Positions 26,585 through 35,386 of a stretch of DNA of 64,000 nucleotides are shown here, in pieces (positions within the stretch are counted from its first letter, which is position 1; every line of letters begins with the position of its first letter). Position numbers and translations under genes: made by a program. The notes under the pieces are model-generated. The model was not told where the DNA came from, did no database searches, and was given only the letters and a program-made list of their open reading frames with translations. Origin of the DNA: an uncultured Pseudomonadales bacterium (GTDB lineage: Bacteria > Patescibacteriota > Microgenomatia > UBA1400 > PJMF01); NCBI GenBank assembly GCA_964574595.1, contig CAZNOF010000003.1:9715-73714 (forward strand), read 5' to 3'.

Positions 26585-28600
26585 TTGGAAGTAAAAATGG
26601 AAAATACAGTTAACATTCGCGAGACATCGACAGCTACTGTTCCCCCAGCAGCACCGAAAAAGAAAGTTCCTATCCAAGTGATACTTGGTGTAGTGGCTTT
26701 CGTATTATTAGTATTAGGTGGTGGAGTTGCTTTTTTCCTCTCACAACAATCTCAAGATATAAGACAGCAGGCTAGTTCAAGTTATGACACTTGTATCGCT
26801 GGCTGTAATGCTATGCCTCCAGGTCAAGCTCAAGGTCAATGTTTCGCTGGTTGCAGTACGGCAAATACTCCAACTCCAAGCACGGCACCTATTCAAACTT
26901 GTCTTCAATCTTTGAACCAAACTTGTTCAACTTCCTGTGGGGCAGGCATGATTGCAGGTGGTTCAGGCACATGTAATGCTGGATTAACTTGCTGTAAACC
27001 AAACCCACAAACCTGTCTAGTCGTTTCCGGTCAAACTTGTTCAACTTCTTGTGGAACAGGTTATTCTGCTGGAACTGGCACATGTGGCGGCGGTTTAACC
27101 TGCTGTAAATACGATCCAAGTAGTACTCTTTGTTACTCAACAAACTCAGATTGTATTCCAGCTGGTTCTTGTGGATCAAATGGCTATAACTATACAACCC
27201 AGGCAGCTTGTCAGGCAGCACTAGCTAACCTAAACATCTGTACCGCATCTGGTCAATGTCGCGGTGGTAAGCTCTGTACTGCAGCAGATGCCACAGCCAA
27301 TAAGACAACCGGTAGCGGCGCAAGTTGTACCAACACCTGCTACGGCGTAAATAATCAATGTAATGGACCTGGTCTATGTGGAAGTTCTGATTTCCCATTA
27401 CCAGATAGAGCTACATGTTTAATCGCCTTAAACGGTATCACTCCTAAATGTACATCAGTTGGTCTATGTATTAACTATCATCTCTGTACCGCTGCTGACG
27501 TGAGCAAAGCTGCTCAATCAACAACTGGTAGTGGTGCTATCTGTACTCCAGAAGTCGGACAATGCTACAGCAAATCAAATAACTGTGCTGCTACTGGAGC
27601 ATGTGGTGCAACTGGCGGATACATCTACTACACAAAGGCTGAATGTCAGACAACAACCTGTTGGGGTACCGCAAATGAATGTAATAGTAGAACTTATTCA
27701 TGTACGGCACCAAACACATATGACAACATCAATGCCTGTGTTGTGGCCTTAAACCCTCAAGCCACGAGTTGTTACAGTAGAACAAACAACTGTGCTACCG
27801 CTGGGACATGTGGTGCAACTGGTGGATACATCTACTATACAAAAGCTGACTGTCAAAATTATGGAAGCTCTTGTGCGACTGGTACCAAGTATTGTGCAGC
27901 AACAAACTCATGTATTGCTAACTCTGCAACTTGTCAGACCGCAGGATCATGTGTTCAGTCACAAGGTTCTTGTGAAGGCGCTGGTGCAACATGTTGTGGT
28001 GGATTAGTCTGCCAAGGTGTAGCTGGTTCAAGATTATGCCAACAGCAGAATGCAAACGACTGTGCTCCAACAGACCACTGTGGTGGCAACCAAGGCTACA
28101 TCGGCTTCCACTGCACAAACTTAACAAACGGTCAATGTAATAGTAATCCTCAGACCTTTGACACAATGGAAGCGGCTGTCGCCTACGCCGGAACATGTGG
28201 ACAAGCTGACACTGTCTGTGCAGCTCAACGCAATCTATGTGGTGGCTTCACCATCTTCAGTTCAGGTTGTACTCCAACCTCAACCAACCCACCTGCGTCT
28301 ACGCCTCCAGGTGTCACTCCAACACCAATTGGCCCAGTCTGTTTGAACATCGCTATGAGTAAACCAAATCCAGTGGTCGGTGACACCGTTACCTTCACCT
28401 GTGGAACAGTAGCTGGCGCTGCAAGATACGAATTCAGAGTCAAGTTACCAGATGGAACAATTCAAAACTTGGCTACCTCAACTACAAGCGTTAACGTCTC
28501 AACCTCGTTCACCGTTAATAGTTCAGGATCACACTTTGCACAATGTAGACTCTGCACAGGAGCAGCTGAAAGTACTTGTCAAGCATACTCAAGTATATAA
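26585..28600 (+). CDS. Cys-rich repeat surface protein (paralog A): N-terminal TM anchor with conserved GGGxxFxLSQ..DIRQQAS motif, tandem CSTSCGxG...GLTCCK and CYS(K/R)xNNCA(A/T)xGxCGATGGYIYYTKA(E/D)CQ modules
   Basis: 671 aa with more than 60 Cys; internal tandem repeats at the nucleotide level (26896-27123 as two ~114-nt units; 27555-27650 versus 27765-27860). Confidence 0.6.
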   Translation: MEVKMENTVNIRETSTATVPPAAPKKKVPIQVILGVVAFVLLVLGGGVAFFLSQQSQDIRQQASSSYDTCIAGCNAMPPGQAQGQCFAGCSTANTPTPSTAPIQTCLQSLNQTCSTSCGAGMIAGGSGTCNAGLTCCKPNPQTCLVVSGQTCSTSCGTGYSAGTGTCGGGLTCCKYDPSSTLCYSTNSDCIPAGSCGSNGYNYTTQAACQAALANLNICTASGQCRGGKLCTAADATANKTTGSGASCTNTCYGVNNQCNGPGLCGSSDFPLPDRATCLIALNGITPKCTSVGLCINYHLCTAADVSKAAQSTTGSGAICTPEVGQCYSKSNNCAATGACGATGGYIYYTKAECQTTTCWGTANECNSRTYSCTAPNTYDNINACVVALNPQATSCYSRTNNCATAGTCGATGGYIYYTKADCQNYGSSCATGTKYCAATNSCIANSATCQTAGSCVQSQGSCEGAGATCCGGLVCQGVAGSRLCQQQNANDCAPTDHCGGNQGYIGFHCTNLTNGQCNSNPQTFDTMEAAVAYAGTCGQADTVCAAQRNLCGGFTIFSSGCTPTSTNPPASTPPGVTPTPIGPVCLNIAMSKPNPVVGDTVTFTCGTVAGAARYEFRVKLPDGTIQNLATSTTSVNVSTSFTVNSSGSHFAQCRLCTGAAESTCQAYSSI

Positions 28601-28609
28601 AGAAATTAT

Positions 28610-30628
28610 ATGATTAACGCCGTAAGCTCAACGCCAAACAACAACGCCCAACCAGTTAGCCCAATTGGTGACACCAATATGCCAAATACTGCAGTCGTTC
28701 CTCCAGCCCCTGTTGCCCCAGCACCAGCAGCTCCAGTTACACCAATGGCTACTGTTACGACAACATCTTCTATTCCAATGACTCAACCGGCAGCTCCGGT
28801 GGCAAGTCCATCTCCAGTTTCAGTTGCTGAGCCATTGCCTGTCAGACCTGATTTGAGAGAAAACAAGACTTCTATCGATACATCCTCATTACCAACTTCT
28901 TCAGTTGGTGGTTCTACTCCTCCTGCAGCACCAATGATGCCAAAGAAGAAAAATAAAATGGGCATGATCTTAGGTGTGATTGCTTTATTTATTTTAGTGA
29001 TTGGTGGCGGAGCTGGTTTTTACTTATCACAACGCAATTCAGATATCAGACAACAAGCTAGTACAGGTACCGCAACCCCAGGTTGTAACACCACCTGTTC
29101 TACAAACTTAGACTGTCCAGCCGCTCACACCTGTTCTGCAGGTAAATGTGCTTTGACGGCTTGTTTGGCCACAGGTGCAACTTGTGACGCGAACAAGTGT
29201 GTGTTGACCAACCAATCAGCTTGTGTGCTGAACTTTGTGGCCACAACCACCACGACTACTTCACTCTCTTGTGTTAAGTCATCGTATCGAGATGAACTCA
29301 GTAACAGTGCTGGTAGTTATACATTAACAACTGCCAAGTCCACCTTTAGTCCATCTGACGTTGTTGTCTACAAAGTAGCCATGACTGCCAATAACTTGGG
29401 AACTTCACAGTTAGTTTTGAAAGATATTCTGGCCGATGCTTCAGGTAATAACTTGGGTAAGGTTACCTTCTTAGACTCAGATTGTGGTGCAAACGCTTAC
29501 AACGCCACAACAAAGACATTAACTTGTACGGACACTCAATCAGCTGCCAATGCCACTGTAAATCACATTTTCCGTGTCAGATTAGCAGCAAGTATTGCTG
29601 ATGGTACTGTCATTAAGAACGCCGCTACCGTCGTAGCCGGTGCCACGAATGCCTCTTGTGAAGTGAACGTAACTGTAAGTAATCCTACTGCCAGTCCAAG
29701 TCCATCACCAAGTCCAAGCCCATCTCCATCACCAAGTCCTAGTCCAACTCCAACTGCGACCACATACACATGTAATGGATCATGTACCACAGATGCTCAA
29801 TGTCAAACCGTGAACAGTGCCTATGTCTGTTCCAACAACCTGTGTCGCTTGGGTACCAACACGTCATCAACGACATGTACACCTGCCACGACAACCTACG
29901 CTTGTAACAGTAGCTGTACAACCGATGCCCAATGTCAAACTGCGAACAGTGCCTACTCATGTTCATCTGGCTACTGTCGACTAGCTGCGAACACGTCTTC
30001 AAGTACCTGTTCTCCAGCTAACATCACATATGCCTGTAACAGTAGTTGTTCTACAGACGCACAATGTCAGACAGCCAATGGTAGTTACACCTGTGACGCC
30101 AACAGTGGCAACAAGTGTCGCTTAGACTCAAACAGAGGCTCAGAGACCTGTACAGTACCTGTGAACACTTATGCCTGTAACAGTAGCTGTTCCACTGATG
30201 CTCAATGTCAGACAGCCAACAGTAACTACGTATGTAGTAACAGTGTCTGCCGCCTGAGTAGTAATGTGTCTGCCGAGAACTGTCAGCCAAGTACACCAGT
30301 CATCGTGAATGTCCCAGTTGGTTGTAACCAGACATGTGCCTCCAACTCAGACTGTTCTGCAAGTAACCAAGTCTGTGTACAAACAGATGCTGGCCAACGC
30401 TGCAGACTGGATAACTATCCAAACAGTGAGACATGTTTGCCACCTTCTCAGACTACAACCACTGTCTATGTGTCACCAACTCCAACCACAACAGTTGCAG
30501 CTGCTACACCACAGCCAGAGAAACCAGCTGAGTTACCAAGAACAGGTTCAACAGAGACAACAGTACGATTCTTACTCATGGGTGCAGCAGCAGTCGTCTT
30601 AGGCGCACTCGGACTGCTCCTCCTCTAA
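28610..30628 (+). CDS. Cys-rich repeat surface protein (paralog B) with LPRTG sortase-type C-terminal sorting signal
   Basis: Pro/Ala-rich N-region, TM with the same GGGAGFYLSQRNSDIRQQAS motif, (SP)n linker, 4-5 tandem ~44-aa TYACNSSC(S/T)TDAQCQTANSxYxCS...CRL modules (29762-30300), C-terminal LPRTGSTETT plus hydrophobic tail. Confidence 0.65.
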   Translation: MINAVSSTPNNNAQPVSPIGDTNMPNTAVVPPAPVAPAPAAPVTPMATVTTTSSIPMTQPAAPVASPSPVSVAEPLPVRPDLRENKTSIDTSSLPTSSVGGSTPPAAPMMPKKKNKMGMILGVIALFILVIGGGAGFYLSQRNSDIRQQASTGTATPGCNTTCSTNLDCPAAHTCSAGKCALTACLATGATCDANKCVLTNQSACVLNFVATTTTTTSLSCVKSSYRDELSNSAGSYTLTTAKSTFSPSDVVVYKVAMTANNLGTSQLVLKDILADASGNNLGKVTFLDSDCGANAYNATTKTLTCTDTQSAANATVNHIFRVRLAASIADGTVIKNAATVVAGATNASCEVNVTVSNPTASPSPSPSPSPSPSPSPSPTPTATTYTCNGSCTTDAQCQTVNSAYVCSNNLCRLGTNTSSTTCTPATTTYACNSSCTTDAQCQTANSAYSCSSGYCRLAANTSSSTCSPANITYACNSSCSTDAQCQTANGSYTCDANSGNKCRLDSNRGSETCTVPVNTYACNSSCSTDAQCQTANSNYVCSNSVCRLSSNVSAENCQPSTPVIVNVPVGCNQTCASNSDCSASNQVCVQTDAGQRCRLDNYPNSETCLPPSQTTTTVYVSPTPTTTVAAATPQPEKPAELPRTGSTETTVRFLLMGAAAVVLGALGLLLL

Positions 30629-30651
30629 TCTCTGTCTCGATATAGAAATAA

Positions 30652-30684
30652 AAAGCCCTCTGATGTGAATCAGGGGGCTTTTCA
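30652..30684 (+). terminator. Rho-independent terminator (GCCCTCTGA/TCAGGGGGC stem then TTTT)
   Basis: Inverted repeat plus T-run 24 nt after the stop of the 28610-30628 gene. Confidence 0.6.
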
Positions 30685-30686
30685 GG

Positions 30687-30692
30687 TATAAT
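30687..30692 (+). promoter_or_regulatory. TATAAT -10 element 14 nt upstream of the tRNA gene
   Basis: Exact TATAAT hexamer between the terminator and the tRNA 5' end. Confidence 0.4.
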
Positions 30693-30705
30693 CTCATCTA
30701 GTGAG

Positions 30706-30778
30706 AGCCGGTAGCTCAGTTGGTAGAGCGGAAAGCTTATACCTTTCTGGTCGCGGGTTCGAGTCCCTCCCGGCTCAC
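30706..30778 (+). tRNA. tRNA-Ile with anticodon UAU (decodes AUA); CCA not encoded
   Basis: Manual cloverleaf: acceptor GAGCCGG/CCGGCTC, D-stem GCTC/GAGC, anticodon stem GAAAG/CTTTC with loop CTTATAC (U33, anticodon TAT, A37), T-loop TTCGAGT, discriminator A. Confidence 0.7.
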
Positions 30779-30789
30779 AACATTTAGAT

Positions 30790-31449
30790 ATGCCTAATCA
30801 TTCTTTTGAATCAGCCTCTCAACACAACCCACTTGATGCTGAATTTTCAATGAAACAAAACAAGTGGGATGCCATCTTCGCAGAAGTCAGACAATATGTG
30901 GATGGCATCGGTGGTGAAATGGATATCGGTATTTTAGAAACGGTGGTCGCTTTTAACGCCAATGGAATCCAAACGCGTCAATCCTGCGAAGGCCACCTCG
31001 ACCATGGAGTTGCTGCACCTTGGGTAGACATAGAAAGTACTCTTCCAGACGATAGGCTCTCTCAATTAGAAAAAAGAAAATCAAAAATGGCAGATGCTAT
31101 TTGGAAACGTTTTGACAGTAAAAAGGGGTATAAGGTGACTGAGGCAGAGCTTCAGGAGATGAATCGATTGTATGCTGAGGCCTCCGAACTACGGCGTCAA
31201 ATTGAGCGTCCTACCTTAGAGTCCTTAAAGAAAATCATTACTCTTCTAACCGAGTTCTATTCGAATCATCAAGTTCCATTCGATACCCAGCTTACGGTTC
31301 AATCTTTTGGTCAATCACTCAGAATTCAAAGTCAGGGTGCTGGTATTCAAGAACTCGAATCAGATGAGAACAAAGCGTTGAAGCTCAAGCAATATCAAGC
31401 GGAAATGAACGCATTTACTGCTTTTTTGAAAAATAAATACTTTTCATAA
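30790..31449 (+). CDS. hypothetical protein (219 aa, soluble)
   Basis: ORF starting 12 nt after the tRNA; no recognisable motif. Confidence 0.45.
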   Translation: MPNHSFESASQHNPLDAEFSMKQNKWDAIFAEVRQYVDGIGGEMDIGILETVVAFNANGIQTRQSCEGHLDHGVAAPWVDIESTLPDDRLSQLEKRKSKMADAIWKRFDSKKGYKVTEAELQEMNRLYAEASELRRQIERPTLESLKKIITLLTEFYSNHQVPFDTQLTVQSFGQSLRIQSQGAGIQELESDENKALKLKQYQAEMNAFTAFLKNKYFS

Positions 31450-32247
31450 TTAATAAGTCGCTTGGATTTTCTTTCCTCTATTCATCAACCACACAACGGC
31501 AATGGAAATCTCATAGAGCACTACTAGCGGAATGGCTAAAATGCACTGATTGAGTGGGTCTGGAGTTAAGATAGCACCCGCCAGAAAGCTGAATACGATT
31601 ACATAGCGTTGTTGTTTTAATAACCAGCGGTGATCGAGTCTATAAAGGTGATTGGTAATATAAAAAACCAGCGGGATTTCAAACACCAAACCGAATGCAA
31701 ACAGGTACTCTGTAATGAAAGATAAGTATTCATCAGTGGTAATCAGCGACTTGAGTTCAGGAGATGAAAAAGTATTAAAAAAGTGGATGGTGACAGGCAA
31801 ACTCACATAGTAGCCAAAGAGAATACCAGCCGTAAATAAAATTACGCTCACTAAAACAATCAACAAAATTACTTTCCGTTCAAATTGTGGAAATGCGGGA
31901 GCTAAAAACATTAACACTTCATACAAGACGATTGGAATTGATAGCAGCATGCCAACAAAAAAAACGACTGTAAAAGTAAATGACAGGGCGCCGATCGGGG
32001 CGTTGTAAAAAAGTGAGGCGTGGAGTGGCTCGACCAAGAGTTCTAATAAACGTTCATGAAAGAATGAAACAATAAATACTAAAAGAAAAATGCTGCCGGC
32101 GCAAATAAGGAGTCTTTGGCGAAGTTCTGACAAATGTTCTTGGAAGGTTTGTTTTTTCGGCAGCTCAGCAACTACAATGACTGGCTCAAGTAATTTAATC
32201 TTCTTTTTTGGGTGCTTTGGGAGGGGTTTTCTCTTCTCTGACATCAT
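31450..32247 (-). CDS. tatC: Sec-independent protein translocase TatC
   Basis: QEHLSELRQRL N-motif and 6 TM helices; the annotated 5' end overlaps tatA by 53 nt, so the true start is probably downstream. Confidence 0.75.
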   Translation of the reverse strand: MMSEKRKPLPKHPKKKIKLLEPVIVVAELPKKQTFQEHLSELRQRLLICAGSIFLLVFIVSFFHERLLELLVEPLHASLFYNAPIGALSFTFTVVFFVGMLLSIPIVLYEVLMFLAPAFPQFERKVILLIVLVSVILFTAGILFGYYVSLPVTIHFFNTFSSPELKSLITTDEYLSFITEYLFAFGLVFEIPLVFYITNHLYRLDHRWLLKQQRYVIVFSFLAGAILTPDPLNQCILAIPLVVLYEISIAVVWLMNRGKKIQATY

Positions 32248-32380
32248 CTGTTAAGCCTTTGCGAATTTCTCGAATTGCTTCACCAATACTACGAGAAAGC
32301 TCGGGGATTTTTTTGCCGCCAAATAAGAACACTATGATGAGGAGGACGATGAGAAGCTCTTCAGATTTTAAACCAAACAT
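32195..32380 (-). CDS. tatA: Sec-independent protein translocase TatA/E
   Basis: 61 aa: MFGLKSEELLIVLLIIVFLFGGKKIPELSRSIGEAIREIRKG (TatA TM plus amphipathic helix signature). Confidence 0.7.
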   Translation of the reverse strand: MFGLKSEELLIVLLIIVFLFGGKKIPELSRSIGEAIREIRKGLTDDVREEKTPPKAPKKED

Positions 32381-33372
32381 TGCAATTTCCTTCTGGATTC
32401 AGTACCGTGAATGAGTGTAATATTTTTTACAGAAAAAACAAGCCTACTTTTCATCAGATAATAATAGGTTTATACATCGCTTTTTTTATCCTTTTCCCAA
32501 ATCCTGTTTTTGCCACAACCTATGGCTCAGGACACTATAACAGCGGCCAGTACGGCATAGGAGAAGTTGCTACTCCCCCCGCAACTTCTAACTCATCATC
32601 TGGAAGTAATTCTTCACAAAATTCCACCACACCCGCCATTACGCCAAATTGTGAACAAAGTCTGCCAGGCACGGTTCCTCAAATCTATGCCGCCGTTTCT
32701 TCAAAATCGGACCAAATTACCCTGTACTTCACAGATTCTGGCGAGCCATTTGATCACTACGCACTCACCTACGGACTTCAGTCCGGTAAGTATTCATTCG
32801 GTTCAGACAATATAGGCGGTCATGGTTTAAGAACTTTTACTGTAAATTCATTGACAGCAAACACTACCTACTTCTTTAAAGTACGAGCTGGCAATGGCTG
32901 TGCAGCTGGCGGTTGGTCAAACGAATTCTCGGCAAAGACAGTGGGCAAGGTAGCTTTTCGTGTTCCAGCTAAAGAACTAGAAATTGTGAGTACTGATGTC
33001 CAGGTGACTTCATCAGCCCAATCTGCCTCAGCAGTACATGTCAAAGTCCTCGACCCAAATCAACTTCCCGTACAGTCTGTTCAAGTCACCATAGACCCCA
33101 AGACCCAAACGGCTTCGACAGATGATGCCGGTATAGCTACCTTTTCAGGAATAGAAAATGGAGTTCATCAGTTAACATATGCACACAATGATTTTGTGGG
33201 GAAAGAAAATATTGTGGTGCAAAACCAAGACGTAAACGTAACAGTCACTGTCCAGGAAAAAACGTCACTCTTTAGTTCCTGGCGATATCTCATTTTGGCA
33301 TTGGTTGGAATTGGCATCATCTTGTCAGGTGGAATTCTGTTTATTGCTCGACGAAACAAAAATAATACATGA
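32380..33372 (+). CDS. Surface protein with signal peptide, FN3 domain, CarbopepD_reg-like domain and C-terminal TM anchor
   Basis: ORF-track start is TTG 32380 (an in-frame GTG at 32407 is also possible); signal IIIGLYIAFFILFPNPVFA; FN3 motif TTYFFKVRAGNGCAAGGWSNEF; C-terminal YLILALVGIGIILSGGILFIARRNK. Confidence 0.55.
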   Translation: MQFPSGFSTVNECNIFYRKNKPTFHQIIIGLYIAFFILFPNPVFATTYGSGHYNSGQYGIGEVATPPATSNSSSGSNSSQNSTTPAITPNCEQSLPGTVPQIYAAVSSKSDQITLYFTDSGEPFDHYALTYGLQSGKYSFGSDNIGGHGLRTFTVNSLTANTTYFFKVRAGNGCAAGGWSNEFSAKTVGKVAFRVPAKELEIVSTDVQVTSSAQSASAVHVKVLDPNQLPVQSVQVTIDPKTQTASTDDAGIATFSGIENGVHQLTYAHNDFVGKENIVVQNQDVNVTVTVQEKTSLFSSWRYLILALVGIGIILSGGILFIARRNKNNT

Positions 33373-33375
33373 TAA

Positions 33376-33606
33376 TTGATCATAGTTCAGAATAAGAATA
33401 GCGTTATATATAAAAGGTCTACCGTGTCTAGTCAGCTTTCACAACTCTTTCAAAAGGAAATGACTCGTAAAGAGTTCCTCTTATTTATTGGATTAGGCTT
33501 TATTGCGTTGATTGGCATTTCCTCTCGCCTAAGAAGTATTTCTGAGCTCCTACATAGCACGCCTTCGGTGCCAAAAGGCTTTGGGTCTAGCAAGTATGGT
33601 AAATAG
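33376..33606 (+). CDS. small membrane protein (76 aa)
   Basis: Single TM (FLLFIGLGFIALIGI); followed by the terminator. Confidence 0.3.
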   Translation: MIIVQNKNSVIYKRSTVSSQLSQLFQKEMTRKEFLLFIGLGFIALIGISSRLRSISELLHSTPSVPKGFGSSKYGK

Positions 33607-33611
33607 ATACA

Positions 33612-33645
33612 AAAAAGCCTCTTAGGTAATCCTAGAGGCTTTTTA
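33612..33645. terminator. Bidirectional rho-independent terminator (AGCCTCTTAGG/CCTAGAGGCT, A-run before and T-run after)
   Basis: Inverted repeat between convergent genes 33376-33606 (+) and 33671-35188 (-). Confidence 0.6.
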
Positions 33646-33670
33646 ACATATTCAATTGTCGAGACACGTA

Positions 33671-35188
33671 TCACTCAGCCGCCTTCTCCTCCACTTTCTT
33701 CTTTGGTTTAAGATACCCCTTCACGTAAGATTGGACCTTGGGGTCTCCAGAGTTGAACAGTCGCAAAAAGGTTTTGCTTGCCTGCTCATTCTCTTCTTCC
33801 TTTTGAAGAATAAAGATGGCGAACTGGATGGCAAAAACAGGTTGGGCGCGATCCAAAATGATCTTGAGATGAATCGGCCAGTATTCCACCGGCATCATTT
33901 GGACAATTTGCACGCTATTGTCTCGAACCTGCGGATCACTGCTGGTGTACTGATACACGACGGCATCCATCGCCTTCACAAAGGCTTCACGATGCGCCTC
34001 CAGCTTCTCGGGCTCACCGTTGAGCTTCTTAAGGATAGCTAGGGCCACATCAGACTCTGGTCGACCGTTCAGAACACCCAAGTACTCCATCAGTAATTCA
34101 GGGCTAGCTTCGTTGTACAGCGCATCGTAAGAGAGCTCGTCGGCGCTTTCACCAAGGTGCTGAGTACGAATCATGAACTCCACTAGATCCGCACTTTCAA
34201 ATGCCATCCGAGCTTCAACCAGAAACGGCAGAAAGTTATGAATCGGTTGACCTTCATCAAACATTCGATAAATAACTTTCGTGATTGGCTCCAGAGCCCG
34301 CTGAAATGCTTGTGCTGAAGCCGAATGCTTTGCAGCAGCCAGCTCAGCGGCTAGCTTCGCCCGTACATAATTCGAGGTAGTTGAAATGACCTGATAAAGG
34401 GCCGCTTCATCCGATGACACGAGTAAGCACACAATGTCCCAGATAGGAAAGTTGACCAAGGGCAAGTTAGCCTGAATCATCTTCAGGGCAAATTCCTTCT
34501 TCAGTTCCTGATCTTCCAGCTTGTAATAAGCAGCCGTCAGATATCCCTCAATTTTCCTGACCAACTCTCGGTCAAGCTCGGTGAGAACATCAGTCGCAAA
34601 CCGTATGAGCTGTACTGGGTCAATCATGGCGAGAACGCGGGCACACTGGACCACGTCCTGCTCACTTGTGGTTCGTAACAGAAGTGCGTTAACTTGAAAA
34701 GTCAGGTCTTGAAGCGCCGCTTGGTCTGTCCACTGCTTTGGATTAAAGAAGCTGAACGCCACTTGAGTGTAATCCGGATCCTTCAGCAAGGTGCTGATGA
34801 GTGGTAATCCTCGTTCTTTGAGCGCCTTCACTGCATCAACGCAATGCGCCAAGATGCAGGTGGGCTTTTTGTACCAGACAGAAAGGACGCCCAGCGCGAT
34901 CGTCACATGGGCGTTTGCTTCCAAGAGAATCACAATCGTTTTTTCTGACTGATCAATCACGAGTAGCGGCAGAATTTGCTGCTCCTGAACTTCTTGTGGC
35001 AGAGCTAAAAAGCCGTTGAGTCCGACTTGGTGGAGGTATGCTAGCCAGACTTGTCTAGACACACCCAGATTTTTATAGATGTCACTTTCCACTCCTAAAT
35101 CGAGTGGATCAGTAACTTGGATAGTGGCGATTTTTTTGGCATCGTCACCTTTGATAAAATCCTCTAGAATGCGCGATTGCACGGTCAT
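33671..35188 (-). CDS. hypothetical soluble all-alpha protein (505 aa), visibly GC-richer than its neighbours
   Basis: Long ORF preceded by a strong AAGGAG SD 7 nt before the ATG; no recognisable catalytic motif. Confidence 0.55.
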   Translation of the reverse strand: MTVQSRILEDFIKGDDAKKIATIQVTDPLDLGVESDIYKNLGVSRQVWLAYLHQVGLNGFLALPQEVQEQQILPLLVIDQSEKTIVILLEANAHVTIALGVLSVWYKKPTCILAHCVDAVKALKERGLPLISTLLKDPDYTQVAFSFFNPKQWTDQAALQDLTFQVNALLLRTTSEQDVVQCARVLAMIDPVQLIRFATDVLTELDRELVRKIEGYLTAAYYKLEDQELKKEFALKMIQANLPLVNFPIWDIVCLLVSSDEAALYQVISTTSNYVRAKLAAELAAAKHSASAQAFQRALEPITKVIYRMFDEGQPIHNFLPFLVEARMAFESADLVEFMIRTQHLGESADELSYDALYNEASPELLMEYLGVLNGRPESDVALAILKKLNGEPEKLEAHREAFVKAMDAVVYQYTSSDPQVRDNSVQIVQMMPVEYWPIHLKIILDRAQPVFAIQFAIFILQKEEENEQASKTFLRLFNSGDPKVQSYVKGYLKPKKKVEEKAAE

Positions 35189-35386
35189 CTCATGTACTCC
35201 TTATGTCTAATCGACAATATGAACTTGTTAAATTTCCGAAACGAAACATTATTCGCAATGAGCGGCGTTGAACCGCTAAGCGAGATAATCTCAAATTTCT
35301 TGGTGATTATATATCAAATCTGGTAAAAAACCTATAATAGTTGATAAATCGCTGTTATAGTGATGAGTGGAAAATGAAAAAATCTG

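Noticed and set aside
26889-30296. Several minus-strand ORFs (26889-27221, 27918-28196, 29563-30002, 30051-30296) inside the Cys-rich genes
   Set aside because: Artefacts of low-complexity repeat sequence; the plus-strand ORFs are much longer and carry membrane-anchor and sorting signals.
29762-30300. Tandem DNA repeats (~132-141-nt period) considered as a possible CRISPR array or satellite
   Set aside because: The repeats are in frame within a long ORF and encode a repeated Cys-rich protein module. There are no short unique spacers and no cas genes, so this is a coding tandem repeat.
33656-34042. 128-aa plus-strand ORF antisense to the 33671-35188 gene
   Set aside because: It lies wholly inside a longer ORF that has a strong SD; its amino-acid composition looks like antisense translation.
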